NCBI RefSeq assembly: GCF_009914755.1
Contig: NC_060926.1
DNA: 64,000 nt
DNA from: the human T2T-CHM13v2.0 reference genome, Homo sapiens
Reading direction: 5' to 3' (one strand)
How positions within the stretch are numbered: the first letter of the stretch is position 1; each line of letters begins with the position of its first letter. This document shows, one piece after another, positions 40,311-54,600 of this stretch. Under the pieces are notes generated by a model. It was not told where the DNA came from. It saw only the letters and a program-made list of their open reading frames with translations, and did not search any database. The translations under genes and the position numbers were made by a program.

Positions 40311-41674
40311 TAATAGTTTAAGATGTAGTTCAGGTAATCCACGAAGATTTCCTGAAGGAAGTTCGCATGAATGTGAGAGGGCAATTAACTTTTATAATTT
40401 TTATTGAGCACGTAGTATATACTTGTCAGATGCTCTTCTACACATTTTACAAATGATTCTTAATCCTCACAACAGATCTTTGATTAGGTTTTTAAGGAAA
40501 ACTAGTTCTTTCCAAAATAACCTAATGATCACAAAACATATAGAACATACAACTCTGCATCTTGACTATGGTGCGTAGGTCTACATGTGATAAAATGACA
40601 TTGAACTATACACACATCATACAACTATCAAATCCCTCCTTTTGAGATTGTACTAGAATTATGTAATATGCAACCATTGGGGGAAACTGGGTAAAGAGTA
40701 AATTGGATCTCTCTGTACTATCTTTGAGTAGTGTTTAGGTATTTTATAAAAATAATGTCCTACAGTTTGGGTTTGTCAAATGGTTTTCTCATAGTTAGAT
40801 AGGGGTTATGGCTTTTGGAGAGAAAGACCACAGAGGTCTGTAGTATATTTTCAACTGTAATCTATTTCAAAATAAAAAGTTTTAAAAAAATTCTCCAAGG
40901 GGGGATGATTAGTAAATTGATTAGTCCTTTCTAGACCTCCAACACACCCCACCACACACTCACACAGACCCACACTCCTATTAATTCCGGTAACTCGGGT
41001 TGTTTGGAATGTGGATAGAGAAACTAAGCTTAACTATGCGCTTCCAGCACCTCGTATCTGGTACTTCTGTTCAACAGAAAGCCTTGGGAATGGGGAGGGC
41101 AGGCGTGGTAAAAGGTACAGGTTTGGGAAGGTCGCTCGGTTCCTTCCAATCCAAACGAGAGGCTTCTGATTGTTTATTCTCACACCAGAGCCGTGACCGA
41201 GACCCAGAGGTCCGCTTCCGGCCACGGCCGAACAGCTGCACCGTGCGTACCGGGAACGGTCAAGGCGCAGCTGGAACCGCTGCAAAAGGCCTCCGGGCGT
41301 ACCGGACAGGTCGCAAGGGCGGGGGTCCCCACCTAGCGGAAATGCACGGAGGCCAACCCCTCCCCCTGCCCCCGCGAGGAGCGGGGCGGACTCGGCAGCC
41401 GCCACTCCCCAGGCTCACAGGAAGAAACTGGGACGCTGCGGACGCGGAACTGGCCAGACCCGCGGCGCGTGGCACGCGCGAGCCCTCCCGCGCATGCTCC
41501 ACCCGCCGGCCTCCAGCCCGCGCCCCGGGCCCCGCCTCCCTCCCTGCTTCTCCCCCTCTCCCGTCAGCCTCCCTCCGAGTTTGGCCCCTCCGGCCGGGCG
41601 ATCGACGTTCCGCGTGCGTGCGGGCGCCTGACTTCACTTCCGGCTAACGCGCTCGGCTTGCCCCCTGGCCCCGG

Positions 41675-41999
41675 ATGGTGACTGGTGGTGGTGCTGCACC
41701 TCCCGGGACTGTCACTGAGCCGCTTCCCAGTGTGATTGTGCTGAGCGCAGGCCGGAAGATGGCGGCTGCGGCTGCGGCGGCCTCGGGCCCCGGCTGCTCC
41801 TCGGCGGCGGGGGCGGGGGCGGCCGGGGTCTCAGAGTGGCTGGTGCTGCGGGACGGCTGCATGCACTGCGACGCCGACGGGCTGCACAGCCTGTCCTACC
41901 ACCCTGCGCTCAACGCCATCCTGGCCGTCACTAGCCGCGGGACCATCAAAGTCATCGACGGCACCTCGGGGGCCACACTGCAGGCCTCCGCGCTCAGTG
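41675..41999 (+). CDS. BIRC6: BIRC6 (BRUCE/Apollon, giant IAP with E2/E3 activity) coding exon 1; 325 nt, ends in phase 1
   Basis: Translates MVTGGGAAPPGTVTEPLPSVIVLSAGRKMAAAAAAASGPG...SEWLVLRDGCMHCDADGLHSLSYHPALNAILAVTSRGTIKVIDGTSGATLQASALS, which I recognise as the BIRC6 N-terminus. Canonical donor G|GTGAGT with GT at 42000-42001; lies in a CpG island. Confidence 0.97.
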
Positions 42000-42540
42000 G
42001 TGAGTCTTCCGCACGCCGGGCGGGCGCGAAGCCGGGGAAAGAAGCCGTCCAGCCCCGGGGCTCGGCCTCGCGACTCGGGGAAGCGAGATGGCGAGAGGGC
42101 AGGGCTGGGGGTTCGGGCCCAGCCGTGAAGGGAGGCCCGGAAGCTGATGGAGGGGGACCTTAGGACTTGGCTTTTTCAGCGGCTGCAGTTGGGAGGAAAG
42201 ACCGGCGAGTCAGGGAGTGGTGGGAGGGGAGTTGCCTTTCGGGCCTGGAGCGTCCGGTCTGGCTTGGTCCTCCGCGAGAGGTGAGGAGACCTTGGAGCTT
42301 GGCACCGGAGGAAGCGAGGCCCGGGTAGGCCCTGGAGAGGCTGTCGGTCCTGCGTCCGGTTAGATGAGAGCGAAAGGCTGGAAGGGTTGACCCCGGGCGG
42401 AGAGGCTGGTGGCCGGAGGCGAGGGGCGGGGAGCGTCTGAGCCGGCAACCAAGCCCTCCCTTGTGGGAGAGGAGCCGGCAGTCTGCTGTTCTCAGGTCCC
42501 GCAGGTGCGGGGGACAGACCGCGGGCTGTGCGCCCAGCGT

Positions 42541-42593
42541 GGGGGTGGGGGTGGGGGTGGGGGTGGGGTGGGTCGTGGTGGGGGTGGGGAGGG
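42541..42593 (+). repeat. (GGGGGT)n G-rich tract in the 5' part of intron 1, G-quadruplex-competent
   Basis: GGGGGT x4 followed by further G3-G5 runs, read directly. Confidence 0.9.
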
Positions 42594-45516
42594 AAGTAGG
42601 CGGGCCAGCTGCCTGAACTGCTTGGTCGACGACTGTAGGACTCTGCGGACGCCGAAGACGACTAGACCTGGTCCCCTTGCTCGGGGCTTCCAACTTCTAC
42701 GCCCCAGTGACGAGAAAGTCAGGACCTGTGGTGTATGAAATAGATTCCTTTGGGTTTGTAACTTCAGGCTGTCTCTACTTGTTTTCCCACAGCGAGCCGA
42801 AAATTAGGATTTGAAGGTGTGTCTGAGTCTCACCATTGGAGGAGAGCACTTCTGGGTGGCGTAAACCTTGGTCCAGGGACGGGACTTTCAGATGCGTGAG
42901 GTGTATGCTCAGTGGACGGACTGGAGTGGTTTTGGAATGGCCCTGGCTGAGTTAGATTTGGCGGAGATGACATTTCATTTGTGGTTAAATGATGGGTGGC
43001 TTAATTTGGATGTTGTAGGTTTAGATTGAAAAGTTAGTGTATGAGTGAATCGGACTCCTGCATAGAGATGTAATGTATACAACTGTCTGCGTTTAGCCAA
43101 GTGGAAGTAGTTATGTGGTCAACCAATTCACTTGTATTTTAACGTAGACGAACAAGGAAAAGTTTACTATGTGAGTAATAAGGCATTTGTAAGAGTAAAT
43201 GGCAATTTAGGGATGCAAACGTGAAATTAGACATGTTAATTATTGTTGATGTGAGAGTTGTGAAAGAATTGGATTATGTATAGTTTCAGGATATAAACTT
43301 GGAACATATCTAAGAGAAAGTTTTGGGAGGTAGGTTTGTAATTTTTTCTTTTCTTGGCTTAGGTAAATGATGGGGTGGCCCAGATGTAGCAGTGAACAGT
43401 TACTGCAACTTGGACATAATGGCTTCTCACTGTGTGTAAGAGGGAGATGCTCATTGGTAATTGGATGTCTTTCTTTTTAAAAGTCATTTAAAAGTATTTC
43501 AAGTATGAAAAGGTATGAAGAGTAATTACAGTGAACACCATGCATCCCCAACTCAGGTTAAGAAATAAAACTTTACAAATAGGATTAAAATCTCAGCTGA
43601 ATCTCTCCTGGACTGCATTTCTCCAATCCTCCCTCTTCATAAACGTTATCTTTAATTTGATTTTATCCTTTTCATATATGTCTACACTTTCTAGTATATG
43701 TTTCTATCTTGAGGATGTAGTATTTTTGTGATTTTTAACTTGGAATAAGTGGTATATGTACTAGGATTTCTAAAGAAAGTCATTAACAAAAGTATTCAAG
43801 TGTTTTGGATAGAAAGAGGAATTTTATGGTGTGCTTTTTATGTCTGGAGGCCATGTTTGAGAATAATAATGTGTGTCAGGATTTGTTGGTTGGGGAAATT
43901 GGACATATATTTATGTGCCTGTACATGGAAGGAAAGACAATATTCACTTTAGTGGTAGATTACTAAAGAGGAGGGTTTTAGATGTATAACATGAAGGTGT
44001 AGGTAGATAAGTAAAATGTAGCATTGATTTGGGATAACAGGTTTTGTTGGGGCATCTGTTGATTAGAAGAGTTCGGGATTGGATACAATTGCAGGTCCCC
44101 ATGCATGAAGATTGAGTATGTGAATTAAAATATGTAGAAGGGTTTATAGTGAACGGAATGAAGGATTACAGAAAAAATTTGGAAGTTAACAATGGATGCA
44201 TTCTGAAACATTTTCATATATGAGAAGTGAAATTTATTATTATTTGTAAAATTTATTCGTATTTGTAGAGATGGGGTTTTGCTGTGTTGCCCAGGCTGGT
44301 CTTGAACTTCCGGCCTCAAATGATCCTCCCACCTCAGCCTCCCAAAGTGCTGGTATTACAGGCATGAGCTGTCCCACCTGGCCAGAAGTTTGTTATTAAT
44401 AATAATTATCAGAGGTTGTATAGGGTCCTATTTGCCCCAGTTCAGATGATTGAGGAGGGAATGCTGCATTTTATGTTTTACTTAGAATCTGCAGGTATTT
44501 AGTAAGTTTGCTTTTAATGATTAATAGAGGGTGACAGCCCTATAAATAGAGTAGAGAGAAGATGCCAGTAGCGATCATGGTCCTAACATAATCCCTCTTT
44601 CCCGTTTATGGGCAATGGGCCACTTTCTTTTCTACCACAGAGGAAAGACATCTGTGTCTGAGGGGATAAAGACTAGGTGATACAGTAATAGGTCTTATGG
44701 ACGCCTGGGGTTCAGTTTATAGGGTTATGGGTTGCCTGTAGATTTGCAGTTGAAGGATGGGAACAGGACTTGTATGTATATGTATTGAGTGGCAAAGACA
44801 GTGAATTTTTAACTATGACTACTAGTATATGTCTTTATATTATCTGTATCTGATATAAAATGTTTATAAATACAGTTTAACTGGATTAAGAGCTATCAGT
44901 ATATACACAGGCTGGGTAAGTATTTGCTCCCTGTCAGTATTTAAGAGTGAAGATTTTTGAAGCTCTGAGCTGCGTGATCTGGCTTTTACTAGTCTCTCTA
45001 GTCTTGTCTCCTTATTTATAAGTTTTGTGAAATGGTCCATTTAATTCTTTTTCCTAACTACAGTAGTTTTGTTCTTTCTTGGAATGCACCAGTTCGCTCC
45101 AGTCATTTAGCTAAGTCTTAGTCATTTTCAAGACCTAGAGCGTATCTTAACTTCCTGATCCCTTTAGCCAGAAATGACTGAAGCCCTAAGCACATATGGT
45201 CCTATTAGTGTCCATTTTAGTAATCTGGCAGGTTAGTATTTTGTGGTATTTTTTCAACCGTCTTGAACTATTTAAGTTTAAATTCCATTTTATTTAGCTT
45301 TTTGTAAATATATGAGGTCTGTCTCATATTTCAAGCTCCTTGTGGGGAGGTACTTTGTTTATTTGTTTATATATCCCTTCCCCAGGATGCCTAATATACA
45401 GTGTGTGTGTATGTGTGTGTGTATGTATATATTTATTTATTATTATTGTTTCTTTGACAGAGTGTCACTCTGTGGCCCAGGCTGGAGTGCAGTGATGCGA
45501 TCTCGGCTCACTGTAG

Positions 45517-45750
<234 letters not shown>

Positions 45751-45879
45751 TAATATATACAGTATAAACTCGAGTATTTTTGATTGGATGCATATATAAC
45801 AATGAGTATATTAGTACTTCCTTATATACTAATTGCTAAGTAAACACATTCCTTGACTTTTTTTTTGTTTAAATATGTG

Positions 45880-46810
45880 TTTCTTTTTTAGAGCAGTTTT
45901 AGGTTAACAACAAAATTGAGCAGAAAGTACAGACAGTTCCCATATGCCCTCTATCTCTGTGCTCACACAGCCTCCCACCCATCAGTATTCTGCACCAGAG
46001 TGGTATGTTACCATCCGTGATCTTAGCACTAACAATCATCATCTCCCAAAGTGCATAGTTTACATTAGGATTTACTCTTGGTGTTGTACAGGCTGTGGGT
46101 TTGGACAATGTATAGTGACATGTATCCACCATTGTACTATCATAAAGAATAGTTTCACTACCCTAAAGATCCCCTGCTCTGCCTATTCATCCTTCCCTTC
46201 CTTTTCCCCCCAACTGTTCCCTCCCCTCTCCCTGCTGGCAACCACTGATCTTTTTACTGTCTTCATAGTTTTGCCTTATTCAGAATGTCATAGTTGTATT
46301 TATACCGTTTGTAGACTTTTCAGGTTGCCTTCTTTATCTATATGCATTTACAGTTCTTCCTTGTCTTTTCATGGCTTGATAGCTCATTCCTTTTTAGCGC
46401 TAAATAATATTCCATTGTCTGGATGTAGCACAGTTTATCCATTCACATACCGGAGGACATCTTGCTGGCTTCCATGTTTTGGCAATTATGAATAAACCTG
46501 CTGTAAACATTTGTGTGCAGGTTTTTGTGTAGACATAAGTTTTCAAATCATTTGGGTAAATACTAAGGAGCTCAATTGCTGGGTTGCATGTGAGAGTATG
46601 TTTACTTTTGTAAGAAACTGACAGACTCTTAGTGGCTGTGTACCATTTTGTATTCTCATCAGCAATGAATGTTCTACTTCCTCACCAGCATTTGGGGGTT
46701 TTATATTTTGGCCGTTTTAGTAGTTGTGTAGTGGTATCTCCTTTTTTAAAATTGTAATTTCCTAATGACATGATGTTGAGCATCTTTTCATATGCTTATT
46801 TGTCTCTTTT
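45880..46810 (-). mobile_element. Antisense L1M 3' end
   Basis: ttttagagcagttttaggtt...aaattgagcagaaagtacaga...ggcaaccactgatctttttactgtc...tgatgttgagcatcttttcatatgctt. Confidence 0.8.
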
Positions 46811-46828
46811 TATATGTTTATTTGCTGA

Positions 46829-47038
<210 letters not shown>

Positions 47039-47681
47039 TAGCCAGGATGGTCTCGATCTCTTGACCTCATGATCTGCCTGCCTCGGCCTCCCAAAGTGCT
47101 GGGATTGCAGGCATGAGCCACCTCACCCAGCCTGACTTTGGGTTTTAAAAATAAAAAAGCTACACACCACTTGACCATACTGTTCATATTACTAGATATG
47201 TCCTTCACCCTAGCTATTGTTTGTTCATGAAATTTAGCATAATAGTTAGAAAGGAGCTTGGTTCTGGACACAGATAGCTTGGGTTAAGATCCCAGTGTCT
47301 TAAAAATTTTTTTTTTTTTAAATTCATCCCATTACACAGAATTATTTTAATTTTTAAACACCTGTCTAAATTTTTAAACACCTTGACTAAATTATTTAAT
47401 ATTTCTGTTCCAGTTTCCTTATTTGCAAAATGAGGATAATTGTACTAATTGTGAGAATTAAGTGATTATGCATGTAAAGTGTTTGCAGCAGTGTACTTAC
47501 CAGACAAGTGCCCCAAAAATGTTTGTCTTATCTACTTTAATTCCCTGTAAATACCTTGCTTTTGGCCTGGTGCTGTGGCTCATGCCTGGGGTCCCAGCAC
47601 CTTGGGAGGCTGAGGCAGGAGGATCGCTTGAGCCCAGTAGTTGGAGACCAGCCTAGGCAACATAGTGAGACCTTGTCTCTA

Positions 47682-47834
<153 letters not shown>

Positions 47835-49778
47835 TCAAACAAACAAACAAAAACAAGAAAACCTTGCTTTTTTTTTCTTTTTTACTTAAAGCTTTTTTTA
47901 TATTCAGTTTTTGGACTTAAACTGAACTTTGAACTTCCTAAGGTTTTTTTGTGATTTACCACTTTCCACCATCCTACAGAACCCATCTAGATTTTGCTTT
48001 TTTGTGAGAGTAAGATATTGTTAAGGTGTTCTCTTACTTAATTACTGGGGGTGATGATTTCTCTTACTTCCTGAAATAATGCCCCTCCCCAGTGTAGTAC
48101 ATTTTATACCGTTTGTCTTTTTTATAAGCTTTTTTGAGATTATGTGGAGAGAGCATGCGCTTTATGTTAGGTAGTCCTGAATTTTGAATTTTAGTTCTTT
48201 TATGAACTCACTACTTAAACCTCCTGAACCTCAGCTTCCTCATCTGTAAATTAAGATTAATGTTTAATAGGATGGTGGGGAAGACTAAGTGGTCAAACAT
48301 GTTAAAAGTGCCTAACAGTGCATGACAAATGTAAAATAGGGGATGCTCAGCAAATGCTAATTCCTTTGAGTCTCTTGGCTGCTTGGTCAATATTGCCACA
48401 CTCCTCGTGATTACTTTAAAAAATGTTCACTAAATGTTTATACATAGAGGATAGGCAGATGTAGATGGAAATATAAATGTTTGTAACAAATATACAGTAA
48501 TCTGTGTTTGGATAAATATCTTTTAGTGTATTGGTGTGGCTAAATGTCAGAATGAAGTTAAGATAGTTGTATTACTAGTTCTGTGTGTATACAGATTTGT
48601 TTATGTAGTATATATACATATGTAAGTGAAGGTATATGTGTGCAGGTATTAATCAATGGATATGGCAGTATATGGGTAGGAGACAGTCATGTCTCTTCAG
48701 TTTCCGAAGTGAATTCCAGATCTGTGTTGCAGTGAAGAAGAAAAAACCTGCTCAGTGTTTTTATTTTATTTTATTTTATTTACATATTGAGATGGAGTCT
48801 TGCTCTGTTGCCTAGGCTGGAGTGCAATGGCGCAGTCTCTGCCTCCCGGGTTCAAGCGATTCTCCTGCCTCAGCCTCCTGAGTAGCTGGGATTACAGGTG
48901 TGCGCCACCATGCCTGGCTAATTTTTTTTCTATTTTTAGTAGAGATGGAGTTTCACCATGTTGGTCAGGCTGGTCTGGAATTCCTGACCTCGTGATCCGC
49001 CCGCCCTGGCCTCCCAAAGTGCTGGGATTGCAGGCGTGAGCCACCGTGCCCAGCCCTGCTCAGTGTTCTTAGACAAACACTCCAGTTTTACATTTCTTTG
49101 TATCTTTTTTCTTTTCCTATATAGATAGTGACTTTTTTTTTTCCACTGGGTTTTTAGAGTCAGTCCCTCAGTAATACAGATAATGACTTTGATTTGAGAA
49201 ATTTGTATGTGGTCATAAATAAGAGGAAGATCTTTGTACTTTACTGTAGCTTCAGTGAGGTTTAGATCGGGTGTTTTTTTTTTTTTTTTTCTTTCCTGAT
49301 GTAAGAGCTTCTTGATCAAACTTCAGGCCCAGAGCTGCCTGCTCTGAGAGGTCATGGTGCCTGCATAGTCCTCAAGAAATAATTTTTTTTGGCTAAAATG
49401 TGCAGTCTCCCAGTGATGGAAACTGTAAATGATTCAAAACAGTTCTAATTCCTGGCTAACTTCGGTACATGCGGCATTCCTACTCTCAACTATTCTTTGA
49501 GAGATAAACATGATATAGAATTCGGATCTCAATAGCCCTAGAAGATGTCTTATGAATGCATTTGAGTTTTTATAAAAACTTAATTTAGCAGAATCTCTTT
49601 TTGGGCTATGAATATGTACTTTGGCTCTGTTTCTGGTGACTGACTTTAGTGATATTAAGAAAGAATAGAATATTGGCTCTGGAGCCAGACAATTTAAGTT
49701 CCAGGTGTGACCTTATGCAAACTGCTTAACCTCTCTCTGTGCTTCATAATTAGTACTTAACTCACTGGGTTATTGTAA

Positions 49779-50016
<238 letters not shown>

Positions 50017-50426
50017 TAGTAGAGACAGGGTTTCACAATGTTGGCCAGGCTGGTCTCGAACTCCTGACCTTGTGATCCACTCGCCTCGGCCTCCCAAAGT
50101 GCTGGGATTACAAGTGTGAGCCACCGTGCCCGGTCCTACTTTTTGTTTTGTTGTCTTAAATTATATAGTTCAGTTCAACAAGTGTTTGTCTGCCTTATGT
50201 AGGTAACAAGGTTAATTTGAACTACCTTGGCCATGATTCCCATATTTTAAAGTACAAGAACTCCCAGTTTAAGGTAAAAAAATTAGGGCCCTATTATGAT
50301 TGGAGCTTGGTTGCAGTATTAATTAATTGAGAAAATATTGTAAAAACAACTGCTTTTAAGCAGTTTTATTTATTTATTTTATTTTTTAATTTAATTTAAT
50401 TTAATTTAATTTATTTTTTGAGATGA

Positions 50427-50624
<198 letters not shown>

Positions 50625-51683
50625 TGATCCACCTGCTTCGGTCTCCCAAAGTGCTGGGATTACAGGCATGAGCCACCATGCCCAGCCAGCAATTTTAATT
50701 ATTAGACCTCTTTTACCTATGTATGTGAGAAAGAATACAACGTGAATGTTTTGGGCTTTCTTTCCCTGCTGGCTTAGCTTTTAAGATTTTTGGGGAGGAG
50801 AGGAAACAGATTAGTTAATGCTTTTCCATTTGCCCTCCAACTTCAAAAATTTTGTTGCTATTTTCTCTTCACTTGTTCTTTTTGTCTTTTTGGATTTGTT
50901 CAATACCTTCTTTATTCCTTTACTGTCTTTTCAGTGGGATCTTGGGAGGGAGCAGAGGTAAATGTGGATGTATGATATTATTTTTAAACTGAAAATCTCT
51001 AGTTGTAACTATACTTACATTGTTAAACATTTAGTAGTCTGTCCTTAGGAATGTTGGCTATAAGTATATATAGAACTTAAAAAAATAATAGATTTCTGTA
51101 ATATAGTATGTAAGAACAGTGGGGACGCAAGCAGGAGTGACCTCTCTGATATGTGTGTTGTATTGCTGATGGCTTCATGAAAAGGGTGCCTTTGGCAAGA
51201 TACTTCTCTGAGATACCAACTTTAAAATGGGCTAATGGCCTGTAATCCCAGCACTTTGGGAGGCTTAGGTGGGAGGATTGTCTGAGGCCAGGAGTTTGAG
51301 ACCAGCCTGGGCAACATAGTGAGACCCCGTCTCTACAAAAAAAAAAAAATTAGCTGGGTGTGGTGGTGCATGCCTGTAGGCCCAGCCACTTGGGAGGCTG
51401 AAGCAGGAGTATCACTTGAGTCCAGCACTTCAGGCAGCAGTGAGCTGTGATTGTGCCACTGCACTCCAGCCTAGGGGAGAAAGGGGCTTTTAATACCTTT
51501 CTAAACATAGAAATTTTTTGCATACTGTAGAACTGTAGCACTTCAAATGTAAGGGATACAAAAAAGTTAAGATAAACTTGGGTGTAGAAGAGAATATCAT
51601 ATAGAGATACAAACTGCAAAAAGAAGGAAATACAGACAGGAGATAATAGAGATACAAATAAAAAGAATACAGTAATTGCTTTA

Positions 51684-51890
<207 letters not shown>

Positions 51891-52582
51891 TCACTTGAAC
51901 CTGGGAGGCAGAGGTTTGCACTGAGCTGAGATTGCACCATTGCAATCCGGCCAGGGCAACAACAGTGAAACACCATCTCAAAAAAAAAACAAAAAAACGA
52001 AAAACAACAAAACAGTCTGTGGCTGGGACAGCGCTGTTAAAAAAAGTAATTATTAGGCTGGGCATGATGGCTGTCGCGTGTAATCCCAGCACTTGTGGGG
52101 CCAGGACAGGCAGATCAGTTCAGGAGTTTGAGACCAGCCTGGCCAACTTGGTGAAACCCCGTCTCTACTAAAAATACAAAAATTAGCTGGGTGTGGTGGT
52201 GTACACTTGTAATTCCAGCTACTCGGGAGGCTGAGGCAGGAGAATCGCTGGAACCCGGGAGATAGAGGTTGCAGTCAGTCTAGATCACAGCACTGCACTC
52301 CAGTCTGGGCGAGAAGAGTGAGACTGTCTCCCTGCTGCCCCCACCTTCCCCCCAAAAGTAATTATCATCAGGTTTGAGTATGTTAAATCAGGGATGCATC
52401 TTAGAGGAGGTAAATACTATGTTTACTTTTTAGAGGAAATGAATTTTTGAGTGGGGAAGATGGGAATGTCTTCTTCAAGATTTATTGTGGGCAGCAGGAA
52501 TTTAAATCTTCATAATTTGTTTATGTACTTTTACTTTGATTTATGAAGTAGGAGAGACAGAAGACTGGGAGATGGCACAGGG

Positions 52583-52770
52583 CAGTGGTTCTCAACCTTT
52601 GTTCATTTAGAATCATCAGGGGAAATTTTAAGAAAATACCTCGCTTGGGCCCCAGTATTCTGACTTAAGTGGCCTGGAGTGCAGCCCAGGCATACTGTTT
52701 TTTTTTTCTTCTTCTTCTCAGAAGTGTGCCAGCTGGTTCTAATGTGCAGTTAGGTTTAGGAGTTCAAACT
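52583..52770. mobile_element. MER5-family fragment
   Basis: cagtggttctcaacctt...attagaatca-like start and ggttctaatgtgcag end. Confidence 0.6.
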
Positions 52771-52893
52771 CCCTGGCTGGGCATGGTGGCTCATGCCTGT
52801 AATCCCAGCACTTTGGGAGGCCGAGGTGGATGGATCTCAAGGTCAGGAATTCGAGACCAGCCTAGCCAACATGGTGGAACCTTGTCTCTACTA

Positions 52894-53028
<135 letters not shown>

Positions 53029-54004
53029 CTAGGTGACATAGCGAGACTTTGTCCCCCACACCAAATAAATAAATAAATAAATAAAAAATAAAACAGGAGT
53101 TCAAACTCTCTAACTCCCTAGACTTTAGAGAAGTTTGTTTAGTGTGTCTGGGATAAATGAGAGCTTCCCGCCCCTGTCCCCTTTTGAAACGGAGTCTCAC
53201 TCTGTCTCCCAGGCTGGAGTGCAGTGGTGTGATCTCAGCTCACTTCAACGTCTTCCTCCTGGGTTCAAGTGATTCTCTTTCATCAGCCTCCTTAGCAGCT
53301 GGGATTACAGGTGTGTACCACCATGCCCAGCTAATTTTAGTACTTTTAATAGAGACAAGGTTTCACCATGTTGGCCAGGCTGGTCTGGAACACCTGACCT
53401 CAAGTGACCTGTCCTCCTTGGCCTCCCAAAGTGCTGGGATTACAGGTGTGAGCCACTGTGTCATTATGGCATTAATTACCTCTTGATATACTATAGTAAT
53501 TAATGCCATAAGGAAAATTACAGCTGATATGAGGATGATGGTATATTAAATTTGTGCTTTTAGGTAGTCTTGGGAAGGCCTCTTTGAGGTGGTGTTTGAG
53601 TAAAGATCTGCATGATGCAAGATAGCATCAGTACAGATATCCAGGGGACATTTCTGTTTGTCTGTTATATAATAGACAAAAACAGCTAGATAGATTTTCA
53701 TATTTGGATGGAATTCGAGTTGGGCTGACTTAAAATGTAGGCTCTATAAGGAGTGATGAAGATGTCTGTGTGACTACCATTCAGGAGATATCTGGCATCT
53801 ATATTAAACAGAAAACAGTAATTTCAAATATGAGCTCTAAATAGAAATTCGCAAGGGCACATGTTCCAAACCGTAGGATTATTATATTGATTAGTAGCTG
53901 AGTTGCTTCTCACATTGGCACCTTTGTGCAGCAGTAGCAATTGATTTTTTTTTTTTTTTTTTGAGATGTAGTCTGGCTCTGTTGCTCAGGCTGGAGTGCA
54001 GTAG

Positions 54005-54181
<177 letters not shown>

Positions 54182-54329
54182 TGATCCGCCCACCTCAGCT
54201 TCCCAAAGTGCTGGGATTACGGGCATGAGCCATCTCGCCCGGCGCCATTGATTTACAGACGGTTAAGGGTTCTCTTGCCCAACATCAGTTGGGGAAGTTA
54301 GTCTTCAAATTTTACTTAACTATAGCCAG

Positions 54330-54439
54330 TTTAGCCAGGTTGCACACCTGTAGTCCTAGCTGCTTGGGAGACTGAGGTGAGAAGATTGCTTGAGACCAGG
54401 AGTTCCAGGTTAGCCTGGGCAACATAGTGAGACCCTGTC

Positions 54440-54515
<76 letters not shown>

Positions 54516-54531
54516 GTGTGTATATATATGC

Positions 54532-54565
<34 letters not shown>

Positions 54566-54600
54566 GTGTGTATGTATACACACACACACACACACACAGC
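54330..54600 (+). repeat. Alu monomer (FLAM-like) whose tail is a compound A-run/(TA)n/(TATG-like)/(CA)n microsatellite (54444-54597)
   Basis: Directly read. Confidence 0.85.

Larger units (their letters stand above)
41120..42720 (+). promoter_or_regulatory. CpG island / TATA-less BIRC6 promoter spanning exon 1 and the start of intron 1
   Basis: Abrupt rise in GC and CpG content and absence of interspersed repeats. GC boxes GGGGCGGA (41383-41390) and CCCCGCCTCC (41530-41539); ETS-type ACTTCCGG (41636-41643) and CCGGAAG (41752-41758); YY1-type AAGATGGCGGC (41756-41766). Boundaries approximate. Confidence 0.9.

Noticed and set aside
42000-42163. ORF-track extension of BIRC6 exon 1 (GESSARRAG...)
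   Set aside because: Read-through past the GTGAGT donor into intron 1; the real frame continues at 62100.
41000-42738. Long overlapping ORFs on both strands around the promoter (e.g. 41000-41647, 42160-42693)
   Set aside because: Expected stop-codon scarcity in GC-rich DNA; low-complexity Pro/Gly/Ala/Arg products with no recognisable family.
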